A DNA stretch of 64,000 nt, taken from NCBI GenBank assembly GCA_963726745.1, contig CAVSDR010000003.1, positions 96,001-160,000 of the forward strand, given 5' to 3'. The DNA is from an uncultured Verrucomicrobiae bacterium. GTDB taxonomy: Bacteria; Verrucomicrobiota; Verrucomicrobiia; Chthoniobacterales; UBA10450. The notes beneath the pieces are model-generated. The model worked only from the letters and a program-made list of their open reading frames with translations, ran no database searches and was not told the origin of the DNA. Shown in pieces: positions 20,156 through 30,095 of this stretch (its first letter is position 1; each line of letters starts with the position of its first letter). The position numbers and the translations under genes are program-made.

Positions 20156-22743
20156 AGAAGCAGCTGGTTAAAGTCGACGGGCACGAATTCCAAGTCTCGA
20201 ATCTCGACAAGGTTTTCTTCCCTGGCAGCGGCTTCACCAAGGGCGAGACGCTCGCCTTCTACACGGAAATAGCCGACACCATCCTGCCGCACCTGCGCGA
20301 CCGGCCGCTGACGATGAAACGTTTCCCGGAGGGCGTCGCGGGCGAACCGTTCTACGAGAAGAACGCGCCCAAGCACACGCCCGCGTGGGTCACGACCTTC
20401 GCGGTGCCGCGGAGCGAAGGCGGCGACGACATCAACTACATCCTCTGCAACGACCGGGCCACGCTTACCTGGGTGACGAACCTGGGCGACATCGAGAAGC
20501 ACGTCCTGCTCGCAAAAGTGCCGCAGACCAATGTCCCCACCTCGATGGTCTTCGACCTCGACCCGGGCGCGCCGGCGGGGATGCTCGCATGCGCCGAGGT
20601 CGCGTTGCATTTGCGGACGCTTTTCGCGGCCTGGGGGCTCGAAGCCTTTGCAAAAGTTTCCGGCTCAAAAGGCATCCACTTGAGCGTGCCGCTGAACGGC
20701 GACGCGCCCTACGAAGTGACGCAGCCTTTCGCCAAGACGGTCGCGGAATTGGTCGCGCACCAACTGCCCAAAGGTGTCGTCTCCGACATGGCCAAGAGCC
20801 TGCGCACCGGGAAAGTGTTGATCGATTGGAGCCAAAATTCCGACTTCAAGACCACCGTGGCGGTCTATGCCATGCGGGCCAAGGGCGACGAGCCGTTCAT
20901 CTCCATGCCGGTCGAGTGGGCCGAACTCGAACGCGCGGTGAAAAAGCAAGACGCCAGCAAACTCACCTTCACCCCTAACGAGTCGATCAAGCGCATCGCC
21001 AAACTTGGCGACCTCTTCGCCCCGGTGCTGAAGCTGCAGCAGGAATTACCCAGCGCTTTCACCAAGGCCCTGGCCGCTGGGCCCGCGCCCAAACTCAGCC
21101 GCTGGCCGCGCAACGACAAGAAAGGCCGCCGCAGTTCCCGGGTCGCCGAAAAACCGCCGAAAGGCGATCACAGCCTGCAAACCTATGCGGCCAAGCGCGA
21201 CCACTCGCGCACTCCGGAACCGGCCGCGAAGCCAGCGGCAAAGAAAGGGAAGCGCACCGGCCCGCATCGTTTCGTCATTCAGAAACATCAAGCCAGCCAT
21301 CTGCATTACGATTGGCGGCTCGAGATGGAGGGCGTGCTCCGCTCCTGGGCCGTGCCGAAAGGGCCGCCCTTTGAATTAAAGGAAACGCGCCTGGCGATGC
21401 ACGTGGAAGATCATCCGTTGGAATATGAGCACTTCGAGGGAACGATCCCGCCGGGAAACTACGGCGCGGGCACCGTCATGGTTTGGGATTATGGCGTCTA
21501 CGAAGACCTGACCGAGAATGCCGCGGCCGCTTTTCACGCGGGCAAAATGCACCTGGTGATGCAAGGCGAGAAGCTCCAAGGCGAATGGATCCTGGTGAAG
21601 GACAAGCGCGAGCCGGAAAGCAATCGCTGGCTCCTGATCAAAGCCGGGAAGGCGATGAAAGCGCTGTCTAAAAAGGCGGACGACCAATCGGCTCTCACTG
21701 GGCGCTCGATGGCGGAGATTGCGAAAGAGAACGACGCCCAGTGGCACAGCAACCGCCCGGCAGCCTCGGCGAAAACGATCGCGCCGAAACGCGCCAAAGT
21801 GCCGGCTAAATTCTTCGAGCCGATGAAGTGCAAGGCGGTGACGCAACTGCCGGAGGAAGGGAACTGGACCTACGAAGTAAAGTTCGACGGCTACCGCTGC
21901 CAGGCGGTGAAGAATGGCGCCAAAGTCCAGCTCCTCTCGCGGAACAAAAAAAGCCTCAACGCTCGTTTTCCGAACGTGGTCGAGGCGCTGAAAAAGCTGC
22001 CTAACGACTGCACGCTCGATGGCGAAATCGTGGCGCTCGATGAGCAGGGCAAGCCCTCCTTCCAGCTCCTGCAGAACAACCTCTCCCGCCCGCTCGCGGT
22101 CTACTTCTACGCCTTCGACTTGTTGAGTATCGACGGCCGGGAGCTGGTCGATGCCCCGATCGAGGAGCGCCGGGCAGAGCTCGATCAGCTTCCGCTGCAG
22201 GAACCGCTCCGCCGCTCGGCCTTGCTCGACGCGCCGGCCGATCAAGTGCTCGACGCGGTGCGCTCGTTAGGCCTCGAGGGTGTGGTCGGGAAACGAGACG
22301 GCTCGACCTACGAGGCCGGGGAACGCTCGGGCGCGTGGATCAAGCAGCGGACCGGCGCGGAGCAGGAGTTCGTCATTGGCGGTTACACGCCAGGGACGCG
22401 CGGCTTCGACGCGCTTCTCGTAGGCGTTTATGAAAAGCGGAAACTGCAGTTCGTCGCCCGGGTGAAGGATGGCTTCGTCCCGCGGCTGCGCGAGGAAATC
22501 TTCGCGAAGTTCAAAGGCCTGGAAACGGACGAATGTCCCTTCACGAATCTCCCGGAGAAGAAAGGCGCGCGCCGCGGCGAGGCTCTCACCGCCGAGAAGA
22601 TGAAGGAGTGTCGCTGGCTCAAGCCAAAGCTGATCATGCGCGTGGCCTTCGTGAATTGGACCGATGCCGGCAATCTCCGGCACCCGACTTACGTCGCCCT
22701 CGTGACCGACAAGAAGCCCGCCGCCGTGGTCCGCGAGACCTAG
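20152..22743 (+). CDS. ligD: NHEJ DNA ligase D (polymerase-phosphoesterase-ligase)
   Basis: SNLDKVFFP/FDLDP/SGSKGIH (Pol), FVIQKHQASHLHYDWRLE (PE), YEVKFDGYR, EGVVGK, LRHP (ligase). Confidence 0.95.
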   Translation: MKKQLVKVDGHEFQVSNLDKVFFPGSGFTKGETLAFYTEIADTILPHLRDRPLTMKRFPEGVAGEPFYEKNAPKHTPAWVTTFAVPRSEGGDDINYILCNDRATLTWVTNLGDIEKHVLLAKVPQTNVPTSMVFDLDPGAPAGMLACAEVALHLRTLFAAWGLEAFAKVSGSKGIHLSVPLNGDAPYEVTQPFAKTVAELVAHQLPKGVVSDMAKSLRTGKVLIDWSQNSDFKTTVAVYAMRAKGDEPFISMPVEWAELERAVKKQDASKLTFTPNESIKRIAKLGDLFAPVLKLQQELPSAFTKALAAGPAPKLSRWPRNDKKGRRSSRVAEKPPKGDHSLQTYAAKRDHSRTPEPAAKPAAKKGKRTGPHRFVIQKHQASHLHYDWRLEMEGVLRSWAVPKGPPFELKETRLAMHVEDHPLEYEHFEGTIPPGNYGAGTVMVWDYGVYEDLTENAAAAFHAGKMHLVMQGEKLQGEWILVKDKREPESNRWLLIKAGKAMKALSKKADDQSALTGRSMAEIAKENDAQWHSNRPAASAKTIAPKRAKVPAKFFEPMKCKAVTQLPEEGNWTYEVKFDGYRCQAVKNGAKVQLLSRNKKSLNARFPNVVEALKKLPNDCTLDGEIVALDEQGKPSFQLLQNNLSRPLAVYFYAFDLLSIDGRELVDAPIEERRAELDQLPLQEPLRRSALLDAPADQVLDAVRSLGLEGVVGKRDGSTYEAGERSGAWIKQRTGAEQEFVIGGYTPGTRGFDALLVGVYEKRKLQFVARVKDGFVPRLREEIFAKFKGLETDECPFTNLPEKKGARRGEALTAEKMKECRWLKPKLIMRVAFVNWTDAGNLRHPTYVALVTDKKPAAVVRET

Positions 22744-22753
22744 AGCTTGCCGG

Positions 22754-24754
22754 CTATTTCAGGAGGTAGTCGCGGATGAACTGCACCGTGGCGTAGAACT
22801 GGAAGTCGGCGTTCTTCTTCTTTTGGAAGCCGTGCCCTTCGTCCTTCCCGACGAGGTACCAAACCGGCGTGTTCTGTTTTTTCAGCGCGGCCACGATCTG
22901 GTCGGCTTCGGATTTCGGGACGCGCGGATCGTTCGCTCCCTGGACTACGAAAAGCGGCTTGGTGATTTTGGCGACATTGTTCAAGGCCGCGATCCGCTCC
23001 ATGAATTTCGCTGTCTCCGGGTCGCGCTCGTCGCCGTATTCCGCGCGGCGCAGATCGCGCCGGTAGCTCTCGGTGTTCTTCAGGAAAGTCGAGAGGCTCG
23101 ACATGCCGACCACGTCGAGCGCGCAGCGGATGCGGTCCGCGTAATTCGTCGCCACCTGCAGGGTCATGAAGCCACCGTAGGAGCCGCCCGTGACCATGAT
23201 CCGGTCGGCTGCGAGCCGCGGCTGCGTGCCGATCCAGTCGAAGAGCGCGGAGATGTCCTTGTAGGAATCCTCACGCTTCACCCCGTTGTCTAATTGCACG
23301 AAAGTCTTCCCGTAGCCGGCCGAACCGCGCACGTTCGGAAACAGGAGCGCGACGCCGAGCTCGTTCAGCAGGTAGTTGTTCCGCCCGATAAAACCGGGGC
23401 GATACTGCGATTCCGGACCGCCGTGGATGTTCACGATCACGGGACGTTTGCCAGGAAATTTCTTCTCGTCCGGCAGATAGAGGAAGCCGCTGATTTCGCG
23501 GCCATCGAAGGATTTCCACTGGACCAGCTCCGGCTGGACGAAACGGGCCGCGGGAATGCCGCCGGTCTCGCTCATCGTCCAGCGGGTGGTCGTGACCTTG
23601 CGGTCGGCCACGGCTAACGAGTAGATGTCCGAGGGCGACTTCGCGCCCGCGACATTAAAGGCGAGCAGCGGCTGCCGATGCTGCCAATGCAAGCCTGAGA
23701 TGACCACCGGGCCGAGCGGCGGGTTGAATTCCGGATCGGGGAGCGGCCGCGCGGTCAGCGACTTTTCCGCCGCGACCACGTCGAGCAGATGGAGCGTGCT
23801 CACGCCGTTTTCATTCAGGGTGTAGGCGATCATCTTGCCGTCTCCGCTCAGGTCCCAATCGTCGACGTCGAACTTCGGATTCGGCAGGAGGTAGCTGTGC
23901 TTCCCGGAGTCGAGATCGAGGTAGGCCAGCCGCTGGAATTCCGATTCGCGATCGGTGGTGACGAAGAGACCGTGGCCGCTTTTCGCAAAGAGCGCTTTCC
24001 CGTAGGCCACCTTCTCCGCGCCTTCCGCCGGCCGCGGGGTGAGCTCCTTGCGGGCGCCGCCCTCGACCGCGAAGAGCCAGAGATAGCTCTCGTTGATCGA
24101 GACATATTCCAGCACCAGAAGCTGCTGGTCATCCGGCGACCAATCGAGCACCTGCCAGCCGCCGCCTTTCACTTCTGCGACCAGTTTGTCGCTCGCCGGA
24201 TTGCGCGGATCCTGCACGTAGATGTCGGTGTCGGCGCCGTTGCGACGGGTCGAGGTGTAGGCGATGCGGTCGCCCTTCGCGCTCCAGGTCGGCTCGCTGT
24301 TGCGGGCTTTGCCGTCGGTCAACAGCGTGACCTCGCCGCTCGCGAAATCGTAACGGTAGTTTTGATTAAACTCGTTCCCGCCGGCGCTCTTGGTGAGGAT
24401 AAAGAATTCGCCCTTCGCTGGATCGGCGGTGGCATTGGTTACCCGGTCGGGGAAAAACGTCAGCTGGATGCGCGCGCCGCCGGGTTGCCCCACCAGGTGC
24501 ACCTGATTGGTATCGGCAAAGCGCGTCAAGACGAGCATCTCCGGGCGGAGCGGATTCCAATCCGCAAACGTGGCCGCGCGCGACTCGGTGTAGCGGCCGA
24601 CGTTTTCCGCGATCTCCGCGGGCAGCGGCGGCACGCCATCAACCAGCAAACTCTCCGGCGCGGGAATCGTCTTCTCCGGTTCCGGCCCGGCGGCGCGCAG
24701 TGGAAGGTTAAGGCAAAGCGTGAGCGCGAGGGTGGAAAGAAGGCGGCGATTCAT
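22754..24754 (-). CDS. S9 family (prolyl oligopeptidase-like) peptidase with beta-propeller and signal peptide
   Basis: IHGGPE, NVRGSAGYG, GGSYGG, QGANDPRVP, EGHGF. Confidence 0.92.
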   Translation of the reverse strand: MNRRLLSTLALTLCLNLPLRAAGPEPEKTIPAPESLLVDGVPPLPAEIAENVGRYTESRAATFADWNPLRPEMLVLTRFADTNQVHLVGQPGGARIQLTFFPDRVTNATADPAKGEFFILTKSAGGNEFNQNYRYDFASGEVTLLTDGKARNSEPTWSAKGDRIAYTSTRRNGADTDIYVQDPRNPASDKLVAEVKGGGWQVLDWSPDDQQLLVLEYVSINESYLWLFAVEGGARKELTPRPAEGAEKVAYGKALFAKSGHGLFVTTDRESEFQRLAYLDLDSGKHSYLLPNPKFDVDDWDLSGDGKMIAYTLNENGVSTLHLLDVVAAEKSLTARPLPDPEFNPPLGPVVISGLHWQHRQPLLAFNVAGAKSPSDIYSLAVADRKVTTTRWTMSETGGIPAARFVQPELVQWKSFDGREISGFLYLPDEKKFPGKRPVIVNIHGGPESQYRPGFIGRNNYLLNELGVALLFPNVRGSAGYGKTFVQLDNGVKREDSYKDISALFDWIGTQPRLAADRIMVTGGSYGGFMTLQVATNYADRIRCALDVVGMSSLSTFLKNTESYRRDLRRAEYGDERDPETAKFMERIAALNNVAKITKPLFVVQGANDPRVPKSEADQIVAALKKQNTPVWYLVGKDEGHGFQKKKNADFQFYATVQFIRDYLLK

Positions 24755-24793
24755 GGCAATGAATTCATTGCCAGCGATCCGCTGCGGGCGCAA

Positions 24794-25585
24794 TCAGCGC
24801 AGGTAGTCGTTGGCCTCCACCAGCGCGTAGCCTGGCGTGTTCTCGACGAAATGCCGCAGCCAGAAAAGATGACCCGCTCCGTAGACCACGAGCACGCGAT
24901 CCCCCGGCTGCGCCACGTGCGTGAGGCGCGCGAAGATCTTCGCATTGCGCTCATACCAACCGGTGTTGAGCGCCGCGCCGGGCTCGTCCTTTCCGTCCCC
25001 CAGCGGGAGGACGGCATAGTAAAATTGTGTGTGCTCCGCGCGCAGTCGCGCCGGTTCGTTCAGCCGCGCGAGTTGGAGTCGCAGGGGCAGGTTCTTCTGC
25101 GCGGCCTCGGCCTCGGCGATGTTCCTTTCGACGTCGTCGCTGAGCCGCGCGAGCAGCGCCTCCTGCCCGTGCGCCTGGGCGAATTCCTGCACGGGGCCGT
25201 AGGGAAAATTGCCATCGAGATCAATTCCGTGGATTGCCTGCAGCCGGAGCTTTTGCGCGAGGCGAAAGGCGATCTGCACCCGCTCATCCGGATTCTGCGC
25301 AAGCGCCTCACTCGTTAGGCTGGAGTACTTGGCGGAGACAAATTTCGGCGCCTCGGCCCGCGCCTCGACCATGATCTTGGTCGGCCGGAATTTTGCCAGC
25401 CGATCGGCCAAGTCTTCCAGCTCGGCCTGCTTCTCGGGCACGAGCACGTTGTCGACTTTCATGTTGTGCCGGTCGAGGCCCGGATTCGCGAGGTGGAAGG
25501 TCCCCAGCACCATCACCTCCACCGGATCGGTGGCGAAGGTGGTGCTGACGGCCAACGAAAGCGTGAGCGCGGCGAGAAGTTTCAT
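24794..25585 (-). CDS. Exported protein, DUF5694-like
   Basis: Signal peptide, VMVLGTFH, FRPTKIMVE, WYERNAKI, VVYGAGH. Confidence 0.75.
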   Translation of the reverse strand: MKLLAALTLSLAVSTTFATDPVEVMVLGTFHLANPGLDRHNMKVDNVLVPEKQAELEDLADRLAKFRPTKIMVEARAEAPKFVSAKYSSLTSEALAQNPDERVQIAFRLAQKLRLQAIHGIDLDGNFPYGPVQEFAQAHGQEALLARLSDDVERNIAEAEAAQKNLPLRLQLARLNEPARLRAEHTQFYYAVLPLGDGKDEPGAALNTGWYERNAKIFARLTHVAQPGDRVLVVYGAGHLFWLRHFVENTPGYALVEANDYLR

Positions 25586-25595
25586 CGCTCGTTGG

Positions 25596-25623
25596 GATGC
25601 GGCCGGCCGGCGCGCCGGATTCA
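25596..25623 (-). promoter_or_regulatory. TGAATCC-N16-GCATC motif, copy 2
   Basis: Minus strand TGAATCC GGCGCGCCGGCCGGCC GCATC, 10 nt before the ATG at 25585. Confidence 0.6.
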
Positions 25624-25641
25624 AAAAAAACGCCGGCGCCG

Positions 25642-27463
25642 CTAGGGCGTGACGCTGTCGCCGGAATGATTCCGCACCAGGAGGGTGTCCGCGCCATTAA
25701 CCGTGCCGTCGAGGTTCACATCGAACGCGAAGTTGCCGGCGCCGGCGCTTTCGCCGGAATGGTTGCGCGTTTGCAGCGCATCGCCGCCGTTCACCTGGCC
25801 GTCGCGGCTCGTGTCGCCCAAAAGCACGCTCACCGATGCCGCCACGGTGGGGCTTTCATTGCCTATCGTGTCGGCCACGTTGCTTAAGGTCACATTGACG
25901 GTGCGCGCGTTCGGCACGTTTGCCAGCGAGACGACATACTGGTGCGCATCGGCGCCGATCGCCTGCTGCGAAATCGTGCCGACAGAAGCGCTCGCGCTGC
26001 CGACGCGCGCCAGCGGTTGCGCGAAGGTGAAGACAAGTTGCAAGGCCCCGCCACGCGGTTCCACCCCGGGCAGTGCGAGGTCGAAGTTCCCCGCCGCGCC
26101 GTGCGTTTTCCGCGAAACCACACTTTGCAAAACCACCGGCGGAATAATCGACGACGGCCCGAGGACATTCCAATGCAGCGGCAAAGTCTGGCGCATGTGC
26201 TCATCCGCCGTGCTCCAATGGTGCCCGCCCGCGAGGACTGCGGTGATGCCGTTGGTCACGCCTTTCTCGGAAAGTTTGCCGACGAGATGGTCGCCACGGA
26301 AATAATTCGAATCGAGCGGCTCGCCCGTGAGCGGGCCGTATTGGATGAACCAGGCGATGCTCTGCATCTGCGCCGCGGTGCTGTTGCAGACGAGATTTGG
26401 GCCGTTGTTGAGCGCGGCATACGCGGCGTCGCGCGGTTTCCCGAAAACCGGATCGAACATCGCGTTGCCGAACGTGGTGTCGCGAATGGTGTCGACGTTG
26501 GCGCAGGTCAGGTCGGCGTAGAAATGCGTCCCGTCGAAGGCGCCGACGGTGCGGAAAAGATCCGGCCGCTTGGCCCCGATCTTTCACGCTCATGAAGCCG
26601 CCTAACGAGAAGCCATCCACCCCGCGGCCGGCGCGGTTCGCGACCGTGCGGAAGTTTGCGTCCACGTAGGGAATGACTTCCGAGAGGAGATAATCCTCGA
26701 AGCGCCCGGTGCCGATGCCGGAGGAGCTGGTTAACTCCGGCGACTTGAAGTTGGTCACCATCCCGGAAACGGAGTTGTCCGCGCTCGAACTGCCGGGCGA
26801 GACCAGGATCATCGGCCCGACCTGGCCAGCGGCGAGAAGCGCTTCGTAGACGTCGATCACGTTCTTGCCGCCGCGGGTGTCATCCTGCCGCTTGTTGATC
26901 CACTCGCTCTCGTGCCCGCGGAAAAGATAGAGCACCGGATAGCGCCGCCCGGCCGCGAGCGCGTAGCCCGGCGGCGTGTAGACGTAGAATTCCTTGGCCA
27001 CCCCGAGCACCTGGCTCTGGAGTTGCACCTTCTGCACGCGGGTGTCGTAAATCGGAACGCAGCGATCGGCCCAGGACTCGACCGTGACGAAGATGGTCTG
27101 GTCGGCCGTGGCCGTGGCGGTGCGATTCGCGATATCCACGCAGTCCGCCGTGCGCTCGACCCGCGCCCAACTTCCGCGAGTGATCTTGAATTCGAGCGCG
27201 GCGCCTTCGGTCGAGGAAATGGTGATCCGCGCATGCGTGGCGCTGTCGCGCGTCATCGGGGTCGCGCCCGGGTCCCAGTTTTGGAAGTTGCCGGCTAAAT
27301 AGACGGCATCCTCTGCGGGCGTGTCCGCCGGCAGGGTGACGTCGAAGGTGACGTTCACGGGCACGACTTGCGCGCGGAGCGTGAGCACCGCGAAGCCGAG
27401 CATGAGCAGAAGTGAGAGAGTGGCGAGGAGGAGGATGCGCGGGAAGCTAGCGGGTCGGGTCAT
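25642..27463 (-). CDS. Secreted esterase (CBM20-like + alpha/beta hydrolase + VVSRKTHG domain + dockerin-like), frameshift near 26582
   Basis: VYLAGNFQNWDP/FKITRGSW, YTPPGY...YPVLY, DGFSLGG. Removing one A at gtgaaagatc joins ORF 25642..26460 (GGHHW, GDTSRDGQVNGGD, DVNLDGTVNGAD). Confidence 0.8.
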
Positions 27464-27558
27464 AGAAAGGCAATCGGAACTGCGCACCGTCGCGAATGTC
27501 CCGCGGGGAGGCAAATCGCACTCGCAAAAGGCCTCCGCCGATTCCAAGCTCTCCGGGA

Positions 27559-30054
27559 ATGGCCGAAACGCTCACGCCGATGATGCAGCAATACCAGCGG
27601 CTGCGCGCGAGCGTCCCGCCGGACACGCTCCTGCTCTTCCGCCTGGGCGATTTCTACGAGCTTTTCTTCGAGGACGCGAAAGACGCCTCCGCCTTGCTAA
27701 ACGTCGCGCTGACCAAGCGGAACGGCGTCCCCATGTGCGGCGTCCCGTATCACGCGGCGCAAAATTACCTCGCGAAGCTGATCAAGGCCGGCCGGCGCGT
27801 GGCCATTTGCGACCAGACAAGCGCACCGCAGGCAGGGAAGATCGTCGATCGCGAGATCACGCAGATCATCACCGCCGGCACGGTGAGCGAGCTTGATCTC
27901 CTGGAATCGAAGCGCGCGAATTATCTCGGCGCGATCTACGCGGGCGGCGCGAAGTTTGGCTTCGCCTACGCCGACCTGACCACGGGCGAGTTCCGGCTCA
28001 CGGAAGCGGCGAGCGTGAACGCGTTACGCGATGAACTCGCGCGCGTGAGCCCGGCGGAGTTGCTGGTGAGCGACGAGCAGCAAGCGACCTTTGCGGAAAT
28101 AGACGGCACTTTGCCGCACGACAGCTACGCCTTCCTCCCGGAGCAGGCGGTCTTCCTTCTTTGCGAGCACTTCGGGGTGAAATCGCTCGATGGGTTCGGC
28201 TGCGGCGAAATGCCGGCGGCGGTCGGAGCGGCCGGCGCCTTGGTGCATTACCTGAAGCATCACCTCCGGCGAAAGATCGAGCATCTCACTTCGCTACGGT
28301 GCGATTCGCCGGCGGAACACGTGGTCCTCGACCTCGCGACGCAGAGCAACCTCGAGCTCGTCGCTTCGCGCGGAGCGCGCGACATGAGCCTGCTCGCGGC
28401 GCTCGACCGCACGACCACGCCGATGGGCGGGCGGAAGTTGCGCAGCTGGATTCTGCAACCTCTGCGCGACCTCACGGAGCTGGAGCGCCGGCAGGAAACG
28501 ATCGCGGAATTGCTCGCGGAGTCCGACCTGCTCGCGAGCCTGCGTGATGCGCTCAAGGGCGTGCGCGACCTTGAGCGCGCGATCGGCCGGCTAAACCAGG
28601 TCTCGGGCAACGCGCGCGACCTGGTGGCCTTGCGCAGCTCGCTCGAGCAGGTCCCGGCGCTTAAGCGCGAGCTCGGGAAATTGATCGAGCGCGTGACCTA
28701 CGGCTCGAGCGCGGCGCCACGCTCGCATGCGCTCCGCTTGCAGGAGGAGCTGCGGGAACTGCCGGAATTGCTCGAGCTGCTCGCCCGCGCAGTCACCGAC
28801 GATCCGCCCTTCACGCTCAAGGATGGCGGCATTTTCAAGGATGGCTACGCGGAGGATCTGGACGAGCTCCGGCGGGCGTCGCGTGAAGGGAAAAACTGGA
28901 TCAACGAACTGCAGGAACGCGAGATTGCCGCCACCGGAATCAAGTCGCTCAAGGTCCGCTTCACCTCGGTTTTTGGTTACTTCATCGAGATCACAAAATC
29001 GAATCTCGCGGGCGTCCCGGCGCATTACACCCGCAAGCAAACCACCGTCGGCGGCGAGCGTTTCATTACGCCCGAGCTGAAGGAAATCGAGGCGCAGATT
29101 CTGGGCGCGGACGAACGCGCGCGGCAGCTCGAGCTCCAGCTTTTCGGCAAACTGCGCGAGGAAACCCTGCAGCATCTCCCGGCGATCCAGGCGATCGCGG
29201 CCGCGATTGCGACGCTCGATGTCCTTTGCGGGCTCGCGGAGACGGCGCGGCTTTTCAATTACTGCCGGCCGAAATTAGACGACACTCTCCGGCTGGTGAT
29301 CAAGGACGGGCGGCACCCGGTGTTGGACCAAAACCTGGCGGAGGAAAAGTTCGTCCCGAACGACACCACGCTCGATGGAAACGGCGCGCGCCTGGCGATC
29401 ATCACCGGGCCGAACATGGCCGGGAAGTCGACCTACATTCGGCAGGTGGCGCTGCTTACTTTGATGGCGCAGATCGGGAGTTTCGTCCCCGCGGCGAGCG
29501 CGGAGATTGGCCTGGTCGATCGGATTTTCACGCGGGTGGGCGCAAACGACGACCTCTCGCGCGGGCAATCGACCTTCATGGTCGAGATGAACGAGACCGC
29601 CAACATCATGAACAACGCGAGCGCGCGCAGCCTGGTCATCCTGGACGAGATCGGGCGCGGCACCTCGACCTTCGACGGGCTCTCGATCGCCTGGAGCGTG
29701 GCCGAGTTTCTCCACGACACGCTCAAGGCGCGGACGCTTTTCGCGACGCACTACCACGAGCTGACCAAGCTGGCCGAGGAGCGGAAGGGCGTGTGCAATT
29801 TCAACGTGGCCGTGCGCGAATGGAACGAGCAGATCATTTTCCTGCGCAAGATCGTGCCCGGCGGCGCCGACCGCTCCTACGGCATCCAGGTCGCGCGGCT
29901 CGCCGGGTTGCCCCGGGAAATTCTCGAGCGGGCCAAGGAAATCCTGGCGCACCTGGAGCATCCGCAGGCCGCGGCCGCGGAAGCGTCGCCGAAGACGAAA
30001 CGCCGGAAAGCGGCCATGCCGACGGCCCAGAAACCACAGATGGAATTGCTTTGA
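27559..30054 (+). CDS. mutS: DNA mismatch repair protein MutS
   Basis: TPMMQQY, FRLGDFYELF, ITGPNMAGKSTY, STFMVEM, DEIGRGTST, FATHYHEL, SYGIQVA. Confidence 0.97.
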   Translation: MAETLTPMMQQYQRLRASVPPDTLLLFRLGDFYELFFEDAKDASALLNVALTKRNGVPMCGVPYHAAQNYLAKLIKAGRRVAICDQTSAPQAGKIVDREITQIITAGTVSELDLLESKRANYLGAIYAGGAKFGFAYADLTTGEFRLTEAASVNALRDELARVSPAELLVSDEQQATFAEIDGTLPHDSYAFLPEQAVFLLCEHFGVKSLDGFGCGEMPAAVGAAGALVHYLKHHLRRKIEHLTSLRCDSPAEHVVLDLATQSNLELVASRGARDMSLLAALDRTTTPMGGRKLRSWILQPLRDLTELERRQETIAELLAESDLLASLRDALKGVRDLERAIGRLNQVSGNARDLVALRSSLEQVPALKRELGKLIERVTYGSSAAPRSHALRLQEELRELPELLELLARAVTDDPPFTLKDGGIFKDGYAEDLDELRRASREGKNWINELQEREIAATGIKSLKVRFTSVFGYFIEITKSNLAGVPAHYTRKQTTVGGERFITPELKEIEAQILGADERARQLELQLFGKLREETLQHLPAIQAIAAAIATLDVLCGLAETARLFNYCRPKLDDTLRLVIKDGRHPVLDQNLAEEKFVPNDTTLDGNGARLAIITGPNMAGKSTYIRQVALLTLMAQIGSFVPAASAEIGLVDRIFTRVGANDDLSRGQSTFMVEMNETANIMNNASARSLVILDEIGRGTSTFDGLSIAWSVAEFLHDTLKARTLFATHYHELTKLAEERKGVCNFNVAVREWNEQIIFLRKIVPGGADRSYGIQVARLAGLPREILERAKEILAHLEHPQAAAAEASPKTKRRKAAMPTAQKPQMELL

Positions 30055-30095
30055 TTCTCGACTTCGCGCGCGGCAACAGATGAGGGTGAAAACAC

